DNA from: Schmidtea polychroa
Taxonomy: Eukaryota
Assembly (NCBI GenBank): GCA_044892525.1
Contig: CM097888.1
Location: forward strand, 46,252,001 to 46,316,000
Reading direction: 5' to 3'
DNA length: 64,000 nt
In this document: piece after piece, positions 1-8,720 of the stretch
How positions within the stretch are numbered: position 1 is the stretch's first letter
Layout: each line of letters opens with the position of its first letter
Notes under the pieces: model-generated
The model's database searches: none
What the model saw: the letters and a program-made list of their open reading frames with translations, nothing else
Told to the model about the DNA's origin: nothing
Program-made: the position numbers and the translations under genes

Positions 1-9
1 TTCAAATTA

Positions 10-2304
10 ATGTACGGAAGAGAATGTAATATGCCAATGGACCTGGAATACCAACCACCGATATCGCAGTATATGGAGATCGATGATTATGTTACGAAAT
101 TCAAGGAAAGAATGCAAGAAATTTGGGAAACTGCGAAATTAAATATCAAGTTCTACCAGGAAAGTTATAAAGATTTACACGATCGAAAGAAAAACGTGAA
201 GCAACATACGTTTCAAACAGGTGATTGGGTAATGATAGAAACCCCGGAATTAATTCCAGGAACCACAAAAAAGTTACAACGCAACGGAAAAGGACCATAT
301 GAGATCTTATTCGTAGGCGAAACCAATGTAAGAGTGAAATTGGTAAATAATCCATTCACCAGGCCAATATACGTAAACGTGGCACGATGTAAATCAATTC
401 CAAAAACCGCCACCAGTCAACCGGAAGGTCGAACATTAACCACACGTTCGCAAACCTACAAAATGAACATGATGCAACAACTCGCAGAACCGATCACTGG
501 ACGATTGGTCATACAACCATCGGAAGCGGAAAAAATCGTACGAGAGGTAAAGACAAAATTACCCGGATGGGCAAAAGATCGATTAGATTTCGAAATATTA
601 GGAGGATTATTGACGATGATCGAAAACTATGCAAATAGAGAAAGGACACACCCATTATTGCGAGTAGTCAAAAGCCAATGGCCAATATTATTCACAATAA
701 CAGATCATTATGGAGACACACCATTACACAAACTCATGAAAGTAGGTAACAACGAGCAAATACTGGAAACAATAGAAGCATTTCACGACTGCAAGCGATC
801 AACAGAACAAGAAAACAACCAAGGTTACACACCATTAATGATAGCAGCAAACAGAGGCAAAACAAAAGACATCATAACCGCATTACTTGATACTGGATCA
901 AAAATAACTACACAAGATCGCGAGCGGAAAAACGCACTACATCATGCTATCGAAGGGAAAAGTACCGAAGCGTTCACATCGTTGATGGAGTTACTATCAT
1001 ATGAGGACAATCAAGAAGTTGGAAACATGTATGATGGATTATTAACAGCGATCAAAGAGAAACTGACAACAATTACAGGAGTATTAATCACTTGGAGAAA
1101 CCCAATTAGAAATAATTATATGATCAACGTAAACGAAGCATTCACGAAAGGGGAGAACACGCTTATGAGAGAAGCTATGAAAGGACATCATTTATTCGAA
1201 ATCCCGAATCAATTGTTAGAACGAGGGATAACATTCACAAATCATAAGGATGAGCAGTTATTAAAAAAGCGAATAGACGCATTCGAAAAATCAATATTCC
1301 AATTTACTAACCAAGTACGGAATAAATATTGGGAAACGGTAAGTGTGTTATATATGATGGACACAATGAATAACATCCGCGAGAATTACCTGGATATTAT
1401 CCAAATACTTACAGCAGAGGAACGAATCAATAATCCAAACGGAAAGAAAACGAAAATAAGGTATGGGAAATCAAGGGAACCAAAGTCGACAACGAACCAA
1501 ACGGTCACAAACAACGTCATCGAAACCAAATCAATGAGTATAGATCAAGAGGCAATAATACGCAAAGCAAAAGAAGTATTCTTCGAGGAAACGCTAGAGC
1601 TGTCAGACGAAATAATATTGTCAAAAATAATAAAAGCCGTACACACATACGCAAGAGATCAAACCACGGGTTTAGATATCGGGAAAATCAAAACCTTCTT
1701 GCCTCGAGCATTTACGATGGTGACGAAAGATTCAAGAACACCATTACAACAAGCAATACTAGCTGCAAAAGAGAATAGAGCAATAACGATCATAAGAATC
1801 CTTGGGGATATGGGCGAGGAAACCAACACGAAAAATGAACAAGGCGAAACCGCCATGATGTATGCAGCTATAACAAAAATACACCCAAAAACACTCCACA
1901 TCCTACATCAATCAGGATCGAGACTAGACGAAAAATCAAACGAAGGGAACTCCACATTGGACTGGGCAACCATACAGCCAAACTTGGAAATGATCAGATT
2001 TATTTGCAAAAATGCGACAAAAGAAGAAGTTGAAAATATGTGCAAAAACACATCTCAATTTCAATGGAATACGGTACGGAAAAATCTAGAAGCAATGAAA
2101 TTATTATTAACATGGAGGGTACCACAAAATAATAAATATGCGATAAACATAAACGAATTCTACGAAAACGGAGAAAACGCAATGGTAAAGAATACATTAA
2201 CTAAAGGGGGGACACCAAAAATTATTTTAATAGTATTAAACAGAGAAGACCTCAAAATCAGAACGAGTTACAACGAGTTGGAAAACATCGTCGTATTCAA
2301 TTGA
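10..2304 (+). CDS. 3' part of the polyprotein of the preceding copy (integrase C-terminus with GPY/F module, then ankyrin-repeat region); 5'-partial
   Basis: Identical to the last 764 aa of 16009..28485. The frame continues off the left edge. Confidence 0.95.
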   Translation: MYGRECNMPMDLEYQPPISQYMEIDDYVTKFKERMQEIWETAKLNIKFYQESYKDLHDRKKNVKQHTFQTGDWVMIETPELIPGTTKKLQRNGKGPYEILFVGETNVRVKLVNNPFTRPIYVNVARCKSIPKTATSQPEGRTLTTRSQTYKMNMMQQLAEPITGRLVIQPSEAEKIVREVKTKLPGWAKDRLDFEILGGLLTMIENYANRERTHPLLRVVKSQWPILFTITDHYGDTPLHKLMKVGNNEQILETIEAFHDCKRSTEQENNQGYTPLMIAANRGKTKDIITALLDTGSKITTQDRERKNALHHAIEGKSTEAFTSLMELLSYEDNQEVGNMYDGLLTAIKEKLTTITGVLITWRNPIRNNYMINVNEAFTKGENTLMREAMKGHHLFEIPNQLLERGITFTNHKDEQLLKKRIDAFEKSIFQFTNQVRNKYWETVSVLYMMDTMNNIRENYLDIIQILTAEERINNPNGKKTKIRYGKSREPKSTTNQTVTNNVIETKSMSIDQEAIIRKAKEVFFEETLELSDEIILSKIIKAVHTYARDQTTGLDIGKIKTFLPRAFTMVTKDSRTPLQQAILAAKENRAITIIRILGDMGEETNTKNEQGETAMMYAAITKIHPKTLHILHQSGSRLDEKSNEGNSTLDWATIQPNLEMIRFICKNATKEEVENMCKNTSQFQWNTVRKNLEAMKLLLTWRVPQNNKYAININEFYENGENAMVKNTLTKGGTPKIILIVLNREDLKIRTSYNELENIVVFN

Positions 2305-2337
2305 GAGAGTTAGTCAAAGAATGGAATAGAAAGAGAC

Positions 2338-2658
2338 ATGCTGCAACGGGTAGAAGAGTTTGAATTCGAAGCAAAATTAGCAAGAAACAGAGTGCTAACA
2401 GCATATCGCAGATTATTGAACGATATAAATGTCGAGGACGACATTTTAAACGACAGCGGGGAAATAAACACGATGACAATGACGGAAATGGCCGAAAAGA
2501 GGATAAAGGGAAAAGAGAACCGGAAGAGGATAAACCGGAAAACAAGGATTTGGATACGAAAAGAGAGGGAAACAGCCCGGGAACCAAGACCAAAGAGGAG
2601 GAAAAACCGAATAATGGAAAACAGAGGGTATGCCTACCTTTCACTAACAAAGAAATAG
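2338..2658 (+). CDS. Small basic protein (106 aa), unknown function
   Basis: ATG ORF in the same frame as the polyprotein, past two stops (TGA 2302, TAG 2311). The C-terminus is Arg/Lys-rich (PRPKRRKNR). Confidence 0.45.
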   Translation: MLQRVEEFEFEAKLARNRVLTAYRRLLNDINVEDDILNDSGEINTMTMTEMAEKRIKGKENRKRINRKTRIWIRKERETAREPRPKRRKNRIMENRGYAYLSLTKK

Positions 2659-2666
2659 AGACAAAT

Positions 2667-3668
2667 ATGATATTAATGATAATCATGCTCACCATGATAG
2701 AGTTAGTAACAGCTCATGGAGGGACGAGAACGATAAAAGAAACCAAAGAAGCGGAGAATCAAGACAGCAAAGAGGATGAGCTAAAACAAGAAAAGAAAAA
2801 GCAAGCACAAGAGCAGCAGTGGGAATTAAAGGAGGAATGGGACTTAAAGGAAAGGTGCATACTAGGAAGATGCATGTCTAGAGCGTATCAGAAACTAGTA
2901 CTGATAAATGAGGACACAGAACCAATAACAGAAGTAAGAATACAAGAAGCATACCGAAATCGATACGGGAAGAGAATAACGAACGTTAAAGGAAAAGAGG
3001 TACACCTAGGAAAAGGTGGTGAAGTAGTAATAACGCAACTCCAACCTAGAAAAGAGCACAAAGTCTGTATTTCAAGATTAGGACCAGGTGAGAAATGCCA
3101 TCAATACGTGACGCAGCAGCAGCCGCCGAAAGAATACACGGTTTGTATCTGGAGGAACGAATCAAAAAGGGAATGTCGACGATACCCGGGGAAAAGAGGA
3201 AAGAAAAGAAAAAACAACGACGAAAAGGACGAAGGCGGAAAGCACAAGAAAACCGGTGAGGAAGCTCAGGACAACTATGTTTCGGAGGAAGAGATGGAAA
3301 AAATACAAAAGATGGCAAAGGAGGGTATGAACGAGGAAATAGCAAGAATACGAGAGATGATGAAAGGAAATGGCAAAAGAAGGAACGAGAAAAGTACAGA
3401 AGCAATAGTAACATTAACAAACAAGGAGAAACCAGAAAATATAAGCGTGAGGCAGATGATGTGGATTAGTGGGATAATAATAACAGGAGCCTTCCTAATC
3501 ATAACGGGGGGAACAATAAAAATAATTAAAGATAAACGACATCGCGGAGAACTAGAGATGACCCGAATCAGAAATTTCCAACATCGAGTGAAACGACCAA
3601 GTGATACCAAACAAGAACAGTGGGTGGAGGCCTGGAACGCTCAGCGCCCTCCAAACTCACGTATATAG
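2667..3668 (+). CDS. Predicted type I membrane protein (333 aa from ATG 2667; track ORF starts 2550)
   Basis: Signal peptide MILMIIMLTMIELVTA, charged ectodomain with a duplicated VCIxRxxxxxxCxxY motif, TM segment MMWISGIIITGAFLIITGGTIKII, and a basic cytoplasmic tail. Confidence 0.75.
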   Translation: MILMIIMLTMIELVTAHGGTRTIKETKEAENQDSKEDELKQEKKKQAQEQQWELKEEWDLKERCILGRCMSRAYQKLVLINEDTEPITEVRIQEAYRNRYGKRITNVKGKEVHLGKGGEVVITQLQPRKEHKVCISRLGPGEKCHQYVTQQQPPKEYTVCIWRNESKRECRRYPGKRGKKRKNNDEKDEGGKHKKTGEEAQDNYVSEEEMEKIQKMAKEGMNEEIARIREMMKGNGKRRNEKSTEAIVTLTNKEKPENISVRQMMWISGIIITGAFLIITGGTIKIIKDKRHRGELEMTRIRNFQHRVKRPSDTKQEQWVEAWNAQRPPNSRI

Positions 3669-3828
3669 AAAGGAATATGACTGTATATAATTGTAAAAAG
3701 TAAGTATATCTTATGTATATAATAGCACTATATCCTTATATAAGCGCGGTATTAATATTATACAATAACGGGAACCATAAAATAAAATTAACTTTAAATA
3801 AGAGTTGAAAAGTGTATATAAATTAAGA

Positions 3829-4188
3829 ATGGATCAAGGAAATAACGAAATGAACCACAATACAGTAACTGAAGAATTATGGAAGCAACAATGTGCCGTA
3901 TTAGCACAATTAGTGTCCAATTTGCAAGAACAAGGATTGACGATGCACAGAAACCTAATCGAGAGTATGAATAGAGGATTTAGTTATTTGAAGATAATTG
4001 AAGACCAGAGGATGAAAATCGAACAAATGCAAAGAGAGATAGAGAGGATAACCCAATATAGCCGTAGACAGGAAATTGAACTAAACAGAATGATGGAGGA
4101 AGCAGAACAGACAGAAATAGAAGACTGGTCGGACTGGCTAATGAATAGAGAGGAGAGCGGACACGAAGCCGACTCTTCCGAACCCTAA
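3829..4188 (+). CDS. Coiled-coil protein (119 aa from ATG 3829), unknown function
   Basis: Heptad-like Q/E/R-rich helix and acidic C-terminus, flanked by AT-rich spacers. The track start at 3805 is a TTG. Confidence 0.65.
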   Translation: MDQGNNEMNHNTVTEELWKQQCAVLAQLVSNLQEQGLTMHRNLIESMNRGFSYLKIIEDQRMKIEQMQREIERITQYSRRQEIELNRMMEEAEQTEIEDWSDWLMNREESGHEADSSEP

Positions 4189-4273
4189 ACCAAACCTAGC
4201 TTAAAATGTAAATAATTGTAAATAAAATATCGAACCTGTATCGATAAGGACTATATGTACATATAATTATAGA

Positions 4274-5662
4274 ATGGATAAACGACAAAGAGAAGAGTTC
4301 AGAGAGATTGTCGAGCAAATACGAAAATCTACAACGATCAGAATACACAAACATGTTATGTGCGGAATATGTGAAAAGTTGTTAAAGGAACCTCACCAAA
4401 CTCAATGTGGATGCAGAGTATGTAAGGAATGTATCAGTGAAGCAATAAAGAATAGACCACAGCGGTGCCCGGTGTGTAAAGAGACACTAATATCGAGTTT
4501 AGAAGACACTAACGAGGATAAAGCCGCAGTGAAAGATATGTTAAACACCAACCTGGGATGCAAAAATGCCCCATGCGAATGGAAAGGAGTAATCTGGAAG
4601 GTAGTACAACATATGGGAGAATGTATGTACAGAATTGGCCAGTGTGAAAGGTGCCATAAAACCATTCGAGCAAGCGAAGAAAAAGAGCATCAAAGGCAGT
4701 GTGAAGAGAGATTGGAAAGATGTGAACATTGTGGAGAAATAGACACGTGGAAAAATCTCACCCTCAAACATCACAATGTCCAAGAGGAGAAAGTATGTGC
4801 AGAATTCAGTGGGGAATGCCCAAACGGATGTAACCAAGGGGAAATAATGAAAGTGGCACAGCATCTAAGGGAATGTGAAAGGAAAAGAATGACATGTGTA
4901 CTAGGTAAATGGGGTTGTCAGAAACTACTACACCGAGGGGAGTTACCACATCATTTAGTAGAAAATGCTTCAACCCACGCAGAAATGTGGTCGACTGCGT
5001 TACAAGAAAGCGAAGAGAAAATAAAACAAATGGAGATAGAGATAACATCGTTGAAAGTGTTAGTCAAAGAACTACTAGAAGAAAGGGAAGCGTTCGAAGA
5101 AGCCCGAGCAAACATAAAGATGCAAATAAACCGAATAGAAATCAGTAATAATCAGGCCAAGGAGCTACATCAGAAAATACGGGAAATAAATCTAAATGAA
5201 GTAATACCAACAGCACCCTACATATGGAAAATAACGGGAGTAAAAGAAAGAATACGAAAAGCAAAAACCGGAGAAGAGACAAGAATAACAAGTCCTGCAT
5301 TCCATTCTTGGAAAAATGGGTACAAAATGAAAATGAAGATATATCCCAACGGGGACGGAACCGGATTAGATACGCACTTTTCGATTTTCTTTCTGTTATG
5401 TAAAGGGGAATACGACGAAATAATAGAGTGGCCGTTCCAGGCAAAAATCGATATTGCACTAATGAATGACCGAAGCATCCACGAACAAAGCTTCAAGACA
5501 ACTGGAAACCAAATGTGTTACCAGAGACCTACGGAAGAAGAAGGATCAGCAACAGGAGCACCTACGTTCATCCTACAACAAAAAGTAGAAGATATGGCAA
5601 GAAATGACACGGTGTATATCAAGATGACCGTGAGGAAAGAGGAGAAGGGTAGAACGGAGTAA
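4274..5662 (+). CDS. TRAF-family protein (RING, TRAF zinc fingers, coiled coil, MATH/TRAF-C), intronless
   Basis: RING CGICEKLLKEPHQTQCGCRVCKECI...CPVC and repeated Cys/His zinc fingers. MATH motifs YIWKI, SPAFHS..GYKM, IYPNGDGTG..THFSIFFLL.KGEYDEIIEWPF and NDTVYIK. Confidence 0.95.
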   Translation: MDKRQREEFREIVEQIRKSTTIRIHKHVMCGICEKLLKEPHQTQCGCRVCKECISEAIKNRPQRCPVCKETLISSLEDTNEDKAAVKDMLNTNLGCKNAPCEWKGVIWKVVQHMGECMYRIGQCERCHKTIRASEEKEHQRQCEERLERCEHCGEIDTWKNLTLKHHNVQEEKVCAEFSGECPNGCNQGEIMKVAQHLRECERKRMTCVLGKWGCQKLLHRGELPHHLVENASTHAEMWSTALQESEEKIKQMEIEITSLKVLVKELLEEREAFEEARANIKMQINRIEISNNQAKELHQKIREINLNEVIPTAPYIWKITGVKERIRKAKTGEETRITSPAFHSWKNGYKMKMKIYPNGDGTGLDTHFSIFFLLCKGEYDEIIEWPFQAKIDIALMNDRSIHEQSFKTTGNQMCYQRPTEEEGSATGAPTFILQQKVEDMARNDTVYIKMTVRKEEKGRTE

Positions 5663-5855
5663 CCAATCGAATAATGTTGTACATAATAATCTGTATATAT
5701 CGGTGTATATAACCAATAAAATATTATATAATAATAGTATGAAAACCCTAAATACGAAAACCCAAAAATGATGCGAAAATTCCCAAAGAAACAGTAGATA
5801 ATGAATAAATTACTTTTTCATAATAAAAAGATTAATCGATGTCTATGATTTAGAG

Positions 5856-6911
5856 ATGACACAAGAGAAACTAACCGAAACAGCGATAGCCCCAACCAAT
5901 GTCAACAAGACACAAATTCCCCGAGAACATAACAAAAAATGGAACAAAGTAATGTCCCAACTAACTAATCTCACCCGAAATCACATCGAAGAAGCTAGAG
6001 AGGATGAGAATAGTCAATACCAATGGTTAATACACAACTTAAGAGCGGAAGCAGATGCATGCAAAAGAGCATCAAAATGGGCGTCACTAGAAAATACCCG
6101 CCAAGAAGCACACAGCCACTACTTAAAGCAGCTAGTGCAGGAAGCGAGAAAGAGACTTACCGATGAGAACACCAAGCGCGAAGCGGAAAAACAAATAGAA
6201 GAAAGGAAAATGATGCACTTAGTGGCAGAAGCGAGAAAATGGAAAAGACAAAGCAATGAAATGAAAAAAGAGATGAAAGAATTGCCCATGAGACTCGGAT
6301 ATGAGAGCGAACAGGGCAAATGGGAGGAGAACTTAATAATAAAGGAAGAATTGAAACGGTTGAGAAAGGTCGCCGCCCGAAGTCAAACCTGGCAAACAAA
6401 GGCTATGGAATTTGAGCGACATTTGGCAATAAAATGCGACATAAGAGAGCACGAGAATGCCGCAATGGAAGAGATGATAACCCAACAAGCAGGACGGATT
6501 GTGGAATTAGTAAATCAGGTCGAAGAGATGAAAAGAGACCTTAATGGATTACAAGGATCGTTAGAACAAAGAAACATGGTCCTAGCGGGAAAAAACAGAA
6601 AATTAGAAAACGAGAGGAAAATGTATACCGAAAATATCAAAAACTTGGAAATAGAAATTGAAAAATGGAAGGGCGACGAGAAAATCAAGGCCTTAGATAG
6701 ACAAGTAGAGGCGAAAGACGAAGAGACAAGGTATCTCACTTATCTGCTCGACGAAGAGCTGAATAACACTCGAGCTCTAAGAGACGAAGTTAGTGAATTG
6801 AGAGCTCAAATCCCCCAATATTACCTACCCTATGACCCTATTGCGATACAGCTGCATCCAGCGGTCGATAGTGACGAAGGTTATGTGGGACAGGAGGAAA
6901 CCTTCGTATAA
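5856..6911 (+). CDS. Long coiled-coil protein (351 aa), unknown function
   Basis: Uninterrupted ORF with E/K/R/L-rich heptads and periodic Trp. Confidence 0.75.
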   Translation: MTQEKLTETAIAPTNVNKTQIPREHNKKWNKVMSQLTNLTRNHIEEAREDENSQYQWLIHNLRAEADACKRASKWASLENTRQEAHSHYLKQLVQEARKRLTDENTKREAEKQIEERKMMHLVAEARKWKRQSNEMKKEMKELPMRLGYESEQGKWEENLIIKEELKRLRKVAARSQTWQTKAMEFERHLAIKCDIREHENAAMEEMITQQAGRIVELVNQVEEMKRDLNGLQGSLEQRNMVLAGKNRKLENERKMYTENIKNLEIEIEKWKGDEKIKALDRQVEAKDEETRYLTYLLDEELNNTRALRDEVSELRAQIPQYYLPYDPIAIQLHPAVDSDEGYVGQEETFV

Positions 6912-7024
6912 GGGTGAATAAAAAGATAAAAACAAAAATCGGGACGTATATCCCAAACAAAAAAATTAAAGTATTGTAAAAGTATTCAAGGGACTGTAAC
7001 CCGAACTATTAAAATTTTATATAA

Positions 7025-7786
7025 ATGCATAAGTATAAGTCGCACTATAGCGCACCATTAACTGTACATATTACAGATATGAAAATCGAGGAAATAATAG
7101 AAATTACGAGCGACGTGGAAGAGGGAGAGATTGAGGCAGAAACAACAGAAACACAAACGTTAAAGGCCAAGTTACGGGAAGAGAGGGACGAAAACGAGAG
7201 ACTAGTAAACAATTATATAGAAGACCGAAAAATGATTAAAATACTAAAGAAGGAGTGCGAAGCGTTAGGAGAAATAAAGAGAGAAGCTGAAGAGAAGAAT
7301 GAATGGTTGCAAGAACAACGAACACGAGGAAGAAACTGGGAAAAGATTGCAGAGGAACTATGGCAAGAGAGGGCAAGCTTCAAGGCAGAAGAAGTAATCC
7401 AAGATTATTGGAAAACAGAGGCGAAAGAACACCAAATAACTATAAATAAATTAAATCGACAATTGGAGGAAAAACAACGAGAAAGTGAGGAAATGAAGAA
7501 ATGGATTCGCAAGTACCAAGAGATCGAGAGAAAACAACAACAACAACAACAACGAAACCTTTCGCAGGAAAACGAACAAGATTTCCTACAAATCGAACTA
7601 AAAAGGAATCTCGACAAAAAACGGGAAGAAATTAAGAGACTGAAAAAGGAGATAAGGCACATGAAAAGGGAGGCCCGTGAAAAGAACAGACAGTTGGAAA
7701 TGCTGCCCGAGTTAAGACACAGAGTCATTAAAGCGGAATCCACCCTGATGAGAATCGCCGAAAATAACCCAAACCAGAATCATTAA
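7025..7786 (+). CDS. Coiled-coil protein (253 aa; likely start ATG 7079) with short polyQ
   Basis: Uninterrupted E/K/R-rich ORF with a CAA run. ATG 7079 follows TTACAG-AT. Confidence 0.72.
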   Translation: MHKYKSHYSAPLTVHITDMKIEEIIEITSDVEEGEIEAETTETQTLKAKLREERDENERLVNNYIEDRKMIKILKKECEALGEIKREAEEKNEWLQEQRTRGRNWEKIAEELWQERASFKAEEVIQDYWKTEAKEHQITINKLNRQLEEKQRESEEMKKWIRKYQEIERKQQQQQQRNLSQENEQDFLQIELKRNLDKKREEIKRLKKEIRHMKREAREKNRQLEMLPELRHRVIKAESTLMRIAENNPNQNH

Positions 7787-7842
7787 ATTAAGGGTCACTA
7801 AAACCAATTGTAAATAAACCATAATGAATGTATAATAGTATC

Positions 7843-8397
7843 ATGCGAGGCGAGATGATGATAACAATGACGGTATTGATGATTCTGACGGAGAACAAAC
7901 AAGTAAACGCCCAACCGAAAATCGTACGAGATTACCGAAATCAAAATCAAGAACCTAAATGAGAATCCGGCCAATGCACATACCCTATGACAGTAAAAAT
8001 CCATATCATCCAAACCATTCAATCAACCCGATAACACATCAACAACATCCAAACAATGTGTAAAAAGAATCCCATTTGTAAAATGATAAACAAACAAATC
8101 CTCGAACAAATCCAACAATTCGACCAGTTGGAACAACAAATGCAACAAGAGAATTTTGAAAATCTTGTAGAAAAGCCAAAAACACCTCCCGAAATCAATG
8201 ACACCCATTATCTCATATATGTGGTGATCGCAGAAACCCTCCTCCTATGTCTACCAATAATCATGAAGATTTACGAAGTTAGAAATAAATGTAGAATCTC
8301 GACATCAATAAGAGTAACCTCGAACAGAAATCCTCAAGAAATGCCACTGACAAATCCTAACCCAACCCCAGTCCGACCTCGAATCCCGAGTAATTAA
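7843..8397 (+). pseudogene. Type I membrane protein frame interrupted by two in-frame stops; the track ORF 8056..8397 is its TM/tail part
   Basis: ATG 7843 encodes a signal-like MRGEMMITMTVLMILT...VNA|Q. The same frame continues past TGA 7960 and TAA 8032 into the ORF with TM HYLIYVVIAETLLLCLPIIMKIY. Confidence 0.55.
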
Positions 8398-8720
8398 CCA
8401 ATCCAGCCGAATTCTAACAGTCAGACCTATCTCAACATCAATACCCAAACCAACCAACAACCGCCAGCAGAAGCATCAAATGGTTAACAGTTCATAAACT
8501 CCAACTCAAATATTGGTGTTATCATATGTAGAAACTTTTATTGTATATACAAACTATCACCTTAAGTGATACTTGCTTGGTCTTGTTTTGACCTATATCT
8601 TAGAATAAAATTGTTTTTGTTATTGTAGTATAATTATTTCGATATATCCTTTTTATGAATGCCTGAAGTAAGATAACTATGCAATTGCGGGACGCAATTT
8701 TGATGGGTCCCCGAGTGATT

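Noticed and set aside
3540-3668. TKQE in the membrane-protein tail as a TRAF-binding motif
   Set aside because: A four-residue consensus match is expected by chance in a Q/E-rich protein.
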